From contig CM000208.1 of assembly GCA_000002445.1 (NCBI GenBank), positions 2,208,001-2,272,000 of the forward strand: a stretch of 64,000 bases of DNA. The letters run 5' to 3'. Position 1 is the stretch's first letter, and every line of letters starts with the position of its first letter. The DNA is from Trypanosoma brucei (taxonomy: Eukaryota). This document shows, one piece after another, positions 9,959 through 20,375 of the stretch. The notes under the pieces are model-generated. The model saw only the letters and a list, made by a program, of their open reading frames with translations, made no database searches and was not told the DNA's origin. The position numbers and the translations under genes are program-made.

Positions 9959-12202
9959 ATGGCAAAAACACTTAGCGATGCCTTCCCTGACACGGATGGT
10001 GCCATCTGTCAGTCCTTCTTCCAAAGCACTGATTTTGGTGAAAAGACGTGGCAAGAGGTTGGTCTCTACGCTCAATGCGACGAACGTACGTTTTGGACGG
10101 TGGTTGCCAATCACAAAAATGTGGCGATTGTCCTGAAACAGTTAGTCGATGCGGTTAACACTGCCCACAGCTCTGCCTTCTCCAGAAAGCTTCAACCCAC
10201 TGATGAGAATAGCGTTGTTACAATATTTGTTCGAGTTGCCAGCACCACATCCACCGTGCTTGCGGCTGGCGCAAGTATCTCGAGTCTGGCGAATCGTTTG
10301 ACCGAAATCATTGCCCCGTCGTTACTGGTGTCCGTCTCTGTGATGCTATTACGCCACTCGGGGACGATAGCATCTGCAGCAGTCACTGGACTTATCCTCC
10401 TCAACCCCGCGTACCTCTGTGCAATGCCATCTATCATAAACTCATGGTGTGATGCCACATCTTCTTTGGCCGCACAGTGCTGTAGGGACCTGTCAAGGGG
10501 AAGGCACCAAAGGCTTGCTGGTGATGTTGTCCCTTTTTTCGAGAACGCTTACCGCCACATGAAGCAACTCTGGTCTCTTATGCACTGTGCACCGTTTCTT
10601 GCGGAATATGTGCCACTGTCTCGTGCGCTCAGCTGCCTTCGCGTTGTTGTGGATCTCATCTCACCAGCACTTCAGCATTTTGTCCTCACATGTGACGCAT
10701 TGGTGAATCACCGTGGACAACTTTCAAAGGCTAACTCTGTAATCGTAAATGCTGCCGTAAATACTGCATCTATACTTGTTCTCTTCCGTACATACCGGCT
10801 GGCATATGGCGAGGGACGATCTTATTGCGTGGATCACGTTGTGGAGTCCACATATGAGTCTATCACCGGTTACATTACAAAAAAAGTTTCGGGTGCACCC
10901 GCGCTCCTGCTTTCAAACCCCACGTGGCCGTTAACTTCGGTGCTGCATGAGCTGGTTTTACCCCGCCATGAGGACAGAGACTTTCGGTTGGGGAAGTTGT
11001 TTGGTTTGTTGAATGAGTCCGTTCAGGATAGTAAAGACTTTGCCGATGGGTTCGCGGGGTGTCGCCCTCGGTTCTTTGAAATACTTTTATTGGAGTTAGT
11101 CCACCAGTCGTTTCACATTGATTCGCTTTTGGAGAAACATTTGGTTACTGCTACGGAGGCTGAAGAATGGGGAGCATCCGAGCGCACCATAACACAAGCA
11201 ATTGCGGGTATTGTTGATAAAAGCAAAGGGAGCTGTGCCAGCCCGCCCGGCGATTGTGGTGATATTGTCAACCCACCCATTCCTCCACATCGGCACGGTA
11301 CGTCAAGCAACCCGCTAGTAAATATTGTCCTGGATGTTATGCCACACTTCAACGTTAAGGGTATTGAGGCGGCTTTAAGTTACTACAATAATGATGTTGA
11401 ACACTTTATACTTGATGCTTCAATGGAATATATTGTGCCTCACATTTTTGAGCAGTTGATGGAGCCGGAACCCTCCTTAATTGCGGAGATGTTACGCGAC
11501 GAAGATGATGATACAATGCGTGGAACTGAGGTGCCTCCGGCACAGCAGCACGTCATTACTTCTGAAGACTATGATAATGAACTTGAAGGTGTTGACATAA
11601 ACTTATTAATTGGATGCGACTTGTATGAAGCTATCAATGGTTCCGCTGAGCAAATTAGCTGCAACGACTTCTCCGAAGAATTTCAGTACTCTACGCTGCA
11701 TTCAGGGGACCATGGGCACCACAATGTGGGTGGAACGTTTGAGGTCGATGAAGTGCTCAAGGAGAAGATTCGCATGTTGACAGAGATGATGTACGAAGAT
11801 GAGTATGACGATACACAGGATGGCACGGAGGTTCGTGGACTCGGGAAGCAGTTCAACACAGATGACGTAGAGTCGCTGTCGTCAGGCGAGGAAAGAAATG
11901 AAAACTATGAGGTGACTCATGGAAATGAAGGCGTGGCCACCGAGGATGCATCTGCGGCCCCAACAAGTAGTGATGGCTTTGCAGCTATGCCTTCCAATAC
12001 TGCCACACATCGTCCACGGACACTTTACGACGAGAAGCGGTTTCATATGGATCGAACTAAGCAGCACGACGCACGAGTTAAAGCTGTTAGGGAGGCCAAA
12101 CAAAACACCCCTTCTTATACCAAGAAGAAAAAGACGATGCAAAGGAAGCCGAGGGACAGCGGAGCACTTACCCGTGCTGCGAGGAAAGGCAGATTGGAAT
12201 GA
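9959..12202 (+). CDS. hypothetical protein (747 aa) with acidic C-terminal region
   Basis: ATG start and a long ORF. The N-terminal half is hydrophobic and Ala/Ser/Val-rich. The C-terminal third is highly acidic and carries two copies of a (D/E)D(D/Y)DDT(M/Q)(R/D)GTEV motif, followed by a basic tail (KKKKTMQRKPR). Confidence 0.55.
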   Translation: MAKTLSDAFPDTDGAICQSFFQSTDFGEKTWQEVGLYAQCDERTFWTVVANHKNVAIVLKQLVDAVNTAHSSAFSRKLQPTDENSVVTIFVRVASTTSTVLAAGASISSLANRLTEIIAPSLLVSVSVMLLRHSGTIASAAVTGLILLNPAYLCAMPSIINSWCDATSSLAAQCCRDLSRGRHQRLAGDVVPFFENAYRHMKQLWSLMHCAPFLAEYVPLSRALSCLRVVVDLISPALQHFVLTCDALVNHRGQLSKANSVIVNAAVNTASILVLFRTYRLAYGEGRSYCVDHVVESTYESITGYITKKVSGAPALLLSNPTWPLTSVLHELVLPRHEDRDFRLGKLFGLLNESVQDSKDFADGFAGCRPRFFEILLLELVHQSFHIDSLLEKHLVTATEAEEWGASERTITQAIAGIVDKSKGSCASPPGDCGDIVNPPIPPHRHGTSSNPLVNIVLDVMPHFNVKGIEAALSYYNNDVEHFILDASMEYIVPHIFEQLMEPEPSLIAEMLRDEDDDTMRGTEVPPAQQHVITSEDYDNELEGVDINLLIGCDLYEAINGSAEQISCNDFSEEFQYSTLHSGDHGHHNVGGTFEVDEVLKEKIRMLTEMMYEDEYDDTQDGTEVRGLGKQFNTDDVESLSSGEERNENYEVTHGNEGVATEDASAAPTSSDGFAAMPSNTATHRPRTLYDEKRFHMDRTKQHDARVKAVREAKQNTPSYTKKKKTMQRKPRDSGALTRAARKGRLE

Positions 12203-12444
12203 TGAATCAGCTGCAGTTTGGCGACGATTTACCCACACCTGGGGGCTTTGTTGCTGCTGTACAGTTTGACTCTTTGACCACATTGTTGGGCGCTCCCAAA
12301 GCCCCAACTTGTTAAAATTTTCAAGGTCGCTACTGTTGCGGCGGCAGCCCTCGGCACAGATTCTTTTCTTATAGCACGCTGTTTCTCCCGCCTGAAATTT
12401 TTTGTCCTAAATGGAAAGTATGAATAAAATAGGCAACAGTTAGC

Positions 12445-13401
12445 ATGTGGCAACGCCTCAGGTTCGACAGGTTGTCCTCTTCGGTGCGACGCACGAACTT
12501 GAATCCCCTCAAACCATGTGCTGCTCTGACCGAGCAGCGTGCCGAACTGCGCAATCTACATCAATACCCCACTGCCCGACACAAAAGTTTAGTTAAAGAT
12601 CGCCTCCGCTTCGCACGAAACTGGTGGTTGACGGGTGGAAATAATTATGAATTAGTTCACGAGGTGGGTCACGAACGAGAGGCAACGGAGTGCTTCGCCG
12701 AATACGCTCAGGACTCCAGCAGGGACGTTTATTTGATGTCAACGAATAGACTTAGCGATTTACCCCCCGGGGACAGACTTAAAGCAATTGTGGGTCTTAT
12801 GCGCTCCCGTTGGGAAGTGAAAGATGCTAACCGCGGTTATGACAAAGCCAAATTGCTACTCCAGGCTTTGGAGTGCTTTAGTGAAATGAAGGCGTCTGGC
12901 CAAATTGGGGACTTTAACTCGCTTCCAGAACCAGACCAAGATACTTTTCTGCAGTACGTTGAGGGTTGCTCGCGGTTTGCTCAAGCATGCTCTCATTCCC
13001 ATCCCGATGCCGTGAGGGTTCTGCTTCGGGCAGCTCAAATTTGTGAGGAGATGCGTTGTGTTGAGAAAAGGGATGAAATGATACAGGTGACGGAAGCAGC
13101 TGCCAATCGAATGGACAGGGCGTATGCCTTTAGTCGTCCCCACGATACTTTGCGTGCTGCGCCTCCATCGTTGCATGAAAACGAGGATTGTGTTCGGTTG
13201 AAGAATACCGAGGAGCTGAGGCGACGATTTGGGAATACTGCTCCACACGTGCTAGAGAAGCCCAAACGTGTGGACTGCCTCCGCATACATCGCAATCGGC
13301 CTCTCCTTTTGCATCCTATGAAGGACAACAACAAACTGTTGGAGCTATCAAAGTTACCCGCGAGGCCAGAGTTTGATTCGTGGACTTCCCATCAAACTTA
13401 G
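12445..13401 (+). CDS. hypothetical protein, possible mitochondrial presequence
   Basis: ATG start, 318 aa. The N-terminus MWQRLRFDRLSSSVRRTNLNPLK is basic and hydroxylated with no acidic residues, as in mitochondrial targeting peptides. No known domain recognised. Confidence 0.5.
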   Translation: MWQRLRFDRLSSSVRRTNLNPLKPCAALTEQRAELRNLHQYPTARHKSLVKDRLRFARNWWLTGGNNYELVHEVGHEREATECFAEYAQDSSRDVYLMSTNRLSDLPPGDRLKAIVGLMRSRWEVKDANRGYDKAKLLLQALECFSEMKASGQIGDFNSLPEPDQDTFLQYVEGCSRFAQACSHSHPDAVRVLLRAAQICEEMRCVEKRDEMIQVTEAAANRMDRAYAFSRPHDTLRAAPPSLHENEDCVRLKNTEELRRRFGNTAPHVLEKPKRVDCLRIHRNRPLLLHPMKDNNKLLELSKLPARPEFDSWTSHQT

Positions 13402-13741
13402 CGTGGCGCATGGCGTATGATCACGGGTTTGCGTATTCACCAAGTCAGTCGGCGTTTCCTCTGGCCAACTTATGGGGCACCTGGCACGTTAGCTAGTGCA
13501 TTATTTTTCCTTTTTATGTGTGCTTTGCGCAAAACACTTCATACTGGTAGTCGGCACTGTGCTTCTGTCACGCACACAAGACAATTATCTGGAAAAAAAA
13601 TGTCTTCTGTCCTTTATTTCTCGTTATTTTTCCTTTCCCTGTCGCTCCTTTGCCTGCGCATACACTTCCAGGGTGCAGTTCTTCGGGTAAAGGAAGTGGT
13701 GGGGAGTGGTTGTGAGGCCGGTTAGCGGAGCGTTAATCAAC

Positions 13742-14455
13742 ATGTCCCGGTACAGTACAGGCATCGAAAATATTCCCTCGCTTTTTGATCTAGCGAGTGC
13801 ACTGACGGGGTTCATTGCAGATTTCACGCAAGTTGTTTTCGGAAACACACAAACTTCCTTTACAGCAGCGGCATTGGAGGAGACTGACCGTGGCAACTAT
13901 GATCCGGTAGCTCGTAGTTGGGAAGGCACGGGCGGCTTAAACTACCGTGTGCCGCTATATCCTATTCCTAGTGAAAGACATACGCGTGAACGAACACGCA
14001 ACATCAAAATTCTTATGGACAACTGTCGGCGGATTTGTGTTGAGGATGAGCTCCCCAGTACAAAAGAGGAACTTCAATTTTGGACTGCCTATCGATTTAT
14101 GAAGTACCAAATGTACCTAACACCTACGTGTGTGATAATGCCACCGCTGTACGTTATGTGGCGCATGTTTCACGATCGCATTCCACGGCCTTTCCGCGGA
14201 CGGACAATACCAGTTACACTTTCACTCGCTCTGGCGGAGCAGTGGGCAGATGCAACATACCCCGGTCATCAGTTCTTGTCGACGGCACTGAGGGCGAAAA
14301 CACCGATGGGTGATGCTGCCAGGGCTGAATGGTTGCGACTTCAACCAATCGACATTCCCTATTACATATACGCTGCCTATCAGTTTCAGCATTTCTTTGG
14401 AAATGTTCCCAAAGAGATTCTGTTTGGTGGGGACATTGCCGGCTATTGCAGCTAA
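13742..14455 (+). CDS. hypothetical protein
   Basis: Track ORF 13706..14455 starts at GTG; the first ATG (MSRYSTGIENIPSLF) is near 13742. The product is 237-249 aa with no recognised domain. Confidence 0.4.
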   Translation: MSRYSTGIENIPSLFDLASALTGFIADFTQVVFGNTQTSFTAAALEETDRGNYDPVARSWEGTGGLNYRVPLYPIPSERHTRERTRNIKILMDNCRRICVEDELPSTKEELQFWTAYRFMKYQMYLTPTCVIMPPLYVMWRMFHDRIPRPFRGRTIPVTLSLALAEQWADATYPGHQFLSTALRAKTPMGDAARAEWLRLQPIDIPYYIYAAYQFQHFFGNVPKEILFGGDIAGYCS

Positions 14456-15382
14456 TTATACTAGTGTGAAGGAAAGCAGGGGAGAACCTGATACCATCTG
14501 GAGTACCCTAATTTTTGGAGAGCAGTTGCGGTTTTCGTGATGCTTCTTTTTCCCCACCGTCACACCGAGTTACAAGAATTACGTGCCATTATGGGGGTGA
14601 TCGTCACAGTACGTTACTGTTATCGTTCGTGTTGTTTCGCGCCTGTCGACTGTTACCAATTATTTTTATTCGTTTGCGTTCGGTGGAGTGTTGGTCTCGC
14701 GGAGACTGGAATGAAGAGTTGACTAACGTTACTGTCACCGTTGGCGTGTGCGTGTCGATATTATCTTCTGGGTTGGGGAAGCCATATCACGGCGAGGGGA
14801 ATAGGATAAAGGTGGAAATTCGGAAGAAACAAGACATATACACTTACTGTACAGATGCTGATGCTTCACTTTCGTGGTTGCCTTGTTTTTGTTATCGGAA
14901 CGGGAGAGTGTCGCCCTTTCCGGCACACAACGATGAGCGTTTTCTAACTTCATGGGAACTGCGCGAAAGTTGATAATAGGACATTTTGTATTAATGCCAT
15001 TTGATGATTCCATCTACTCTCTGGGCCGAAGTCACAACCGGCAGGCTAGCGTGGTTAAAATCAGCCGGCAGAGCTACTTTGCGGGGTTTATCTGCTTTTT
15101 ATTGGTTTGTTTTGGTGCGCCCCCTCCGCGTCTGCATTTATTATGGTTACAGTGTGTCCGCTGTGGTGGTGGCCTGGTGTGTTACGACATGTTCTTGGTC
15201 CCGATACTTCCGGTTTTTACCGCTTTGTGTCTTGTCACATAATGTGCACCTTGCAAAGGGTGGATATTCATGATCTGCCTTTATCAGGAGTTTCACTATT
15301 TTTTTATGTATGTTATAGGACGAGGCTCTGTGTGGATTGCTGAATTCTGGTGCATGTGTGCGGGCGAGTGCTTTTTCTAACA

Positions 15383-15440
15383 GTTTTCCTTCGCCTTTCT
15401 TTCTTTTATTTTTCCCTGCTCTCAGGTACACCTCCCCCTC
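15383..15440 (+). promoter_or_regulatory. polypyrimidine tract (predicted trans-splice acceptor region) upstream of DEAH helicase ATG 15505
   Basis: ttttccttcgcctttctttcttttatttttccctgctctcAGgtacacctccccctc is pyrimidine-rich with AG. This is why the TTG-initiated N-terminal extension in the ORF track is more likely UTR than coding. Confidence 0.4.
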
Positions 15441-15504
15441 ATTAATACTTTTTTCATTCGTCAACGTTGTTGCATTAATACGAGTTCTGCCACCGTTCAG
15501 GTAT

Positions 15505-17574
15505 ATGTTGAATGAACGGCGGCCTCAGGTGCATTTACCCGTGACGGAGGCTCGCGCCGCAATTGTCCGCATGATTCGCCGCCATAATGCCGTTGTTATT
15601 GTAGGTGAGACGGGTTCAGGAAAGACAACACAAATTCCGCAATATGTGTGGGATGATATCGTCTCAAAGGGGGACGGAGGCATTGTTGGATGCACGCAAC
15701 CACGTCGTGTGGCTGCTGTGAGTATCGCGCGGCACGTCGCACAGCAAAGGGGTGGTAAAGTCGGCGGTGAGGTGGCTTATGCCGTACGATTTGATGACAC
15801 ATGCACAAAAAATACGAAGATAAAGTTCATGACGGACGGTATTCTTTTGCGAGAGATCCAGACGGATCCTGATTTGACGCATTATCGCTGTTTGATTCTT
15901 GATGAGGCACACGAACGAACGCTGCACGGTGATGTACTTTTCGGTCTTCTTAAAGACATTGCCAGACGCAGGAAGAACACACTATCCATTGTCATAATGT
16001 CCGCAACGCTCAACGAGGAGCACTTCTCAAAATTTTGGTGGGATGCGCCGGTTGGCGTGATTCACGGCAGGACTTTTCCGGTAACTATTTATCACACAGT
16101 TGAGCCGCAGGCCGATTATGTGGAGGCAGCTGTGAGTGCCCTTCTACAGATTCACCAACGGGAGGAACCAGGTGATGTTTTGTGTTTCCTTACAGGGAGG
16201 GAGGAAATTGAAGATGCTAAACGGATGCTCGAGCAGCGCATGAAGTTGCTCCCAAATGACATAGGAGATTTTGTTGTTCTTCCGCTTTACTCTGCGATGC
16301 CGTACGAGCAGCAATTGGTTGTGTTTGACCCTGCTCCACCCGGGAAGCGTAAGATAATTATTGCGACAAACATTGCTGAAACTTCTATTACCGTGGAAGG
16401 CATAAAGTACGTGGTGGACAGCGGTGTGGTGAAAGCGAAGCACTACAATTCAAAGACAGGAATGGAAGTGTTGGCAGAAGTTGATGTTAGCAGGGCTCAG
16501 GCGACACAACGTGCAGGACGGGCAGGGCGCGTGGCGGCAGGGAAGTGTTTTCGTCTGTACACCGCTCAGGCCTTTGAATCGCTGCACGAGAACACGGTGC
16601 CGGAAATACAGCGGTGCTCGCTAATTAGCGTAGTGCTGCAGATGAAGAGCCTCAACATTGATCGTATTGCTGACTTTGAGTTCATGGATGCACCGAACCC
16701 GCACGCGTTAACAAAGGCGGAGGAAACACTGATGCTGCTGAACGCTCTGGATAGCGAAGGGTGCGTTACGCCGCTGGGAAAGCGGCTGACCGACTTCCCC
16801 ATTGAGCCAGCAGCAGCTATGGTGCTATTGGCAGGAAAGGCTTTAGGTGTCGAGCGTGAAGCAGTTATTGCTATTGCGATGACAAGCACCGAAAACTTGT
16901 TTGTTACATCCCGTGACATGAAAGAAAGGGCTGACAGGTGCAAAGGGGCCTTTGCGAAGTCCGCAGGAGATCACGCAACTCTGGTTAGCATCTACCAGGC
17001 GTTTAAACATTCACCAAAGGATCAGCGAAAGTTATGGTGCGAGACAAACGCCATCAGCTATCGCCAAATGCTAAAAGTTCAAGATGTTATTACGCAGCTT
17101 ATGGCTATACTTGCTGAGGGTGATGACGAGGAATTGTTAGCTACTTTAGTGCCCAAGTCAGTTCGGCAAGCGCTGTCCCATAAGGCGACGGACGAGAGTT
17201 GTGCCGTCGTCAGTGGGAGTAATGACGACAACACCGTGACGAACGGTTATGACCACCAGTGGGAGCCTGGTGCGAATGGAAGGTCTAGTGGACTAAAGTT
17301 TCGTGATTTTGAGCTTCTTCGTCGCGCGCTTTGTTGCGGTTATTTTCTTAATGTAGCCTTTTACAATGCAAAAATTGGCAACTTCCAAACCGTAGTGGGA
17401 CAGCAGGTGGTGCACATCCACCCCTCATCGGTGCTATTCACGTTGCGAAGAAAGCCAGCATTAGTACTATTCAACAGCGTTGTGCGTACAACAAGACGAT
17501 ATATGCAAAACGTTTCCGTTGTGCAGGAGGCCTGGCTTCGTGAAACATCGTCTTTCTCACGTATGATGTTGTAA
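15505..17574 (+). CDS. DEAH-box ATP-dependent RNA helicase (DHX family; short N-terminus as in DHX33/35-type)
   Basis: Motif I VIVGETGSGKTTQIPQY, motif II ILDEAHERT, motif III SATL, and the typical FLTGREEIE, TNIAETSITVEGIKYVVDSG and QRAGRAGR motifs are present. The C-terminal HA2/OB region has the classic CCGYFLNVA...HIHPSSVLF. The track ORF starts at TTG 15337, but the first 56 codons are a pyrimidine-rich low-complexity stretch that is probably 5' UTR/splice-acceptor sequence. The first ATG (MLNERRPQVHLPVTEARAAIV) is at 15505. Confidence 0.8.
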   Translation: MLNERRPQVHLPVTEARAAIVRMIRRHNAVVIVGETGSGKTTQIPQYVWDDIVSKGDGGIVGCTQPRRVAAVSIARHVAQQRGGKVGGEVAYAVRFDDTCTKNTKIKFMTDGILLREIQTDPDLTHYRCLILDEAHERTLHGDVLFGLLKDIARRRKNTLSIVIMSATLNEEHFSKFWWDAPVGVIHGRTFPVTIYHTVEPQADYVEAAVSALLQIHQREEPGDVLCFLTGREEIEDAKRMLEQRMKLLPNDIGDFVVLPLYSAMPYEQQLVVFDPAPPGKRKIIIATNIAETSITVEGIKYVVDSGVVKAKHYNSKTGMEVLAEVDVSRAQATQRAGRAGRVAAGKCFRLYTAQAFESLHENTVPEIQRCSLISVVLQMKSLNIDRIADFEFMDAPNPHALTKAEETLMLLNALDSEGCVTPLGKRLTDFPIEPAAAMVLLAGKALGVEREAVIAIAMTSTENLFVTSRDMKERADRCKGAFAKSAGDHATLVSIYQAFKHSPKDQRKLWCETNAISYRQMLKVQDVITQLMAILAEGDDEELLATLVPKSVRQALSHKATDESCAVVSGSNDDNTVTNGYDHQWEPGANGRSSGLKFRDFELLRRALCCGYFLNVAFYNAKIGNFQTVVGQQVVHIHPSSVLFTLRRKPALVLFNSVVRTTRRYMQNVSVVQEAWLRETSSFSRMML

Positions 17575-18075
17575 AGAGCAGTAATTCAGTTAAAATTTTC
17601 CACCTTGATCACAACGGCAGGAAAAGGGGTACCGCGGGGATGTTCGTAACTTTAAGAGGAGTGACGTCTACATCGCCTCCCGCTTAAATAAGCATACGAC
17701 TGCGCCTGCGCATGCATGAATGTATGGGGTAAACATTGGAGGATATGGTCGCAACGTTACATTCGGATAAAAATTGAGCGAGCAGTACAATAAGTATTTT
17801 TGTGTATTTGTAATCTACATAAATACCCCTGTTTTTTCCCCTTGTTAACTACATGTGGAAAGGTATCTTAGGGCTACTTAGTTTGTGTCTCCTCACATGT
17901 GTGCCTGCTCACGCGCATCCATTTTTGCGACTACAAGCCTCCTTTCCCTTCCCTTTCCTTGCATAGCATCCGTTGCATCAACACCGTTGCAACACGGGTC
18001 AGTTGGACATCCATTAGGTAGTTTGGTTCAAATATAACGGGCAGGTGTGAGCCATTTGGTGTAAAGGGTAGTGCT

Positions 18076-20010
18076 ATGGGTTCTTTTACTTCCTGTGACC
18101 AACGCCCAACGGCATCGACTACCGCTGCTCCGCATTCTTATGATGCTGATAAGGTGCTTCGAAACTTTGACACCTCAACCCCCACCGCCGCCGTCATTGG
18201 TGCCGGCATTACGGGTGTGCACATCGCCTACGAACTCGCTCAGTTGGGATTCCGCGTAACAGTTTTCGAGCAACGCCGGGATATTGGCCTTGGTGAAACG
18301 CAATACGCGCTTCCATTTGTTGGTGTCGGTTTGCTTCATCCTTACATTCATTCCATTCGGATGGGTCGCGAGCTGCTATGGTCAAAACTGAAATTGAACT
18401 CGAAAGACATAGTAACTGTTGACTTCTCGTGGAATTTCCTCTTCTCATCCTTCATCCACCGCTGGCTATGGGCGAGGAAGTGGGGTAAGCTGAGAGCAGA
18501 AGAGGTGATGAAGTATACAAACAATTTGGCACGCTTAAGTGTGGGTGTTATTGATGAACTTTCCCACAAACACAAAACCCTTGCACCGTACGTTCTAAGT
18601 CGGAACGTCACTGTGCAGACGTTGGAGGAGGGGCCTCGCGCCGATAAGCGGGAAGCAATACTGCACCAGGCCGCAACAGCCCATCGTCAGCCGTTAATGG
18701 TTGATTTGGTGGGATGGACACGCGAGCTGGCTAAAGTTTGTCGTGAGAAATACGGTGTAGAATTTGCAGTTGGCGAGAAACTTTTGGATTTCAAGACGAC
18801 CCTGTCCTTCGGAGTGGAAGTGGTGTCTGGTCTGCGTTTCTCACGTAACGTTGACGGGCGCGTGGAGTATAAAAACCGGGTCTTTGACGTCGTTGTTCTT
18901 GCCGCCGGTGCACAAACGGGTGAGTTGACGTGGGAGTCGTCACAAATCCCCATCGTTGGATTGGCTGGCTGCTCCGTTGCTCTGCGTCCTGGAGCTGGAG
19001 AGGGAGTTGGGGAGCTTATGGGGAAGTTGCACCTCTCTTCACCCGGTTTGGTTATGGTTTCTCCAGAAAGTCACCTTGTTTGCTACAGGACGTCAGCTAG
19101 TAATGATGCTGGTGGGGAAGTGCTTTTCCTTCAGGGTCTATTGTCTCTGGACTGCACCGTAAGGACTTTGCCACGCGTTGGGAGAATGCTTTCACGCATA
19201 GAGGCACATCTACGGGAGAAGTGCCAGATTAATATCCCGCTTTTGCACCGCTATCGTGAGTGTGGTGGGAGACAACAGCTGGATGATGGTAACACACACG
19301 TTGTGACGAGCAATCCGGTAATGCATGCTGCAGAGTACATTCGTTCTTCTACACCGGACGGCGTTCCGTTCATTGGTGATAACGGTGCCGCGTTTAATTC
19401 TTTCATATGTGCAGGCTTTGGTGATCATGCTGCCGACATGGCTCCAGGTGCAGCAAAAATACTGGCGAAGTTTATCGAATTAAAAGCATGTGCAATGCAA
19501 AGACAGGATGAAAAGACGATGGAGCGCGACGGCTATAATATTGCCGCTGTTATGTCGGACGAGCGCGTGGAGAAAACGCGGCGAGAGCTGCAGTTACTCC
19601 TTAACGGCTGCCAGACTATTGACGATATTCCCCCAGGAGGGGAATTGGAGAACTTTGTGCAGCTTCCGTATTCTTACACACGTTTTGATGGGGTTGTGAA
19701 GGACCAAATCCCCGATGTGGCGCACGTTTCGCTTTTGCAGCGGGTGTCTGACATGGAGAAACGTTTGCTTCAAACTTTTGCTCCCTGGGAGCATTACATC
19801 AACCAGCAGGCTATCAAACTCTCGCGTCGCGATAACGTCCCCGATTGGCTGAGGACCATTGTGTATTACTACTTTCTGGACGAAAGTGACGATCTGGAGA
19901 TGCTGAAGAACAAGCAGAAGTACGTGGAGGGAATTCGCCGTATACGTGAGCAATTTGAGGAAGGTAATGAAACGTCAGCCAGTGGGGCCACTCCGTCATC
20001 GTCATCGTAG
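18076..20010 (+). CDS. FAD-dependent oxidoreductase (DAO-like) with a C-terminal extension of about 200 aa
   Basis: ATG start. The N-terminal Rossmann dinucleotide-binding motif is AAVIGAGITGVHIAYELAQLGFRVTVFEQRRDIGLGET (GxGxxG...E). The product is 644 aa. The C-terminal about 200 aa (charged, coiled-coil-like ...LKNKQKYVEGIRRIREQFEEG) has no obvious counterpart in typical DAO enzymes. Confidence 0.55.
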   Translation: MGSFTSCDQRPTASTTAAPHSYDADKVLRNFDTSTPTAAVIGAGITGVHIAYELAQLGFRVTVFEQRRDIGLGETQYALPFVGVGLLHPYIHSIRMGRELLWSKLKLNSKDIVTVDFSWNFLFSSFIHRWLWARKWGKLRAEEVMKYTNNLARLSVGVIDELSHKHKTLAPYVLSRNVTVQTLEEGPRADKREAILHQAATAHRQPLMVDLVGWTRELAKVCREKYGVEFAVGEKLLDFKTTLSFGVEVVSGLRFSRNVDGRVEYKNRVFDVVVLAAGAQTGELTWESSQIPIVGLAGCSVALRPGAGEGVGELMGKLHLSSPGLVMVSPESHLVCYRTSASNDAGGEVLFLQGLLSLDCTVRTLPRVGRMLSRIEAHLREKCQINIPLLHRYRECGGRQQLDDGNTHVVTSNPVMHAAEYIRSSTPDGVPFIGDNGAAFNSFICAGFGDHAADMAPGAAKILAKFIELKACAMQRQDEKTMERDGYNIAAVMSDERVEKTRRELQLLLNGCQTIDDIPPGGELENFVQLPYSYTRFDGVVKDQIPDVAHVSLLQRVSDMEKRLLQTFAPWEHYINQQAIKLSRRDNVPDWLRTIVYYYFLDESDDLEMLKNKQKYVEGIRRIREQFEEGNETSASGATPSSSS

Positions 20011-20375
20011 TTGACCTTCCACGACCAGTTGGTATGTGAAAGCTCGACTGTTTTATTCGTGCGGTTTACCTCCTTTCTTTCTCGTTAACACATTTTCCTT
20101 GAGTACATTTTTTGCACCTTGTGTTGACCCTCGCCGGGTATTATTTTTACTTTGGTTTGGCTGATCGCCTCGGTTTCACCTTTTTCTATTCTGATCAAAC
20201 GTCCTTCGATTGTGAGTTGCGTGAAGCGGCAGGGACAGCGTTGCTGTGCACTCCCATTGCGGTTGATTACAATCCTCTGGAGAGTCTACAGGACAAAAGG
20301 GAAACAAGGGGAGGTTGGACACATCAGTGCGACAAGTGTTAAAGTATTATTATTATTATTATTTTGTAGTGCAAC

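Noticed and set aside
15337-15504. TTG-initiated 56-codon N-terminal extension of the DEAH helicase ORF (also GTG/TTG extensions at 317, 2025, 13706, 21803, 39687, 45152, 50711)
   Set aside because: The extension is pyrimidine-rich low complexity (FPSPFFLLFFPALRYTSPSLILFSF), characteristic of the trans-splice acceptor region. The conserved protein begins at the first ATG, and kinetoplastid nuclear genes initiate at ATG.
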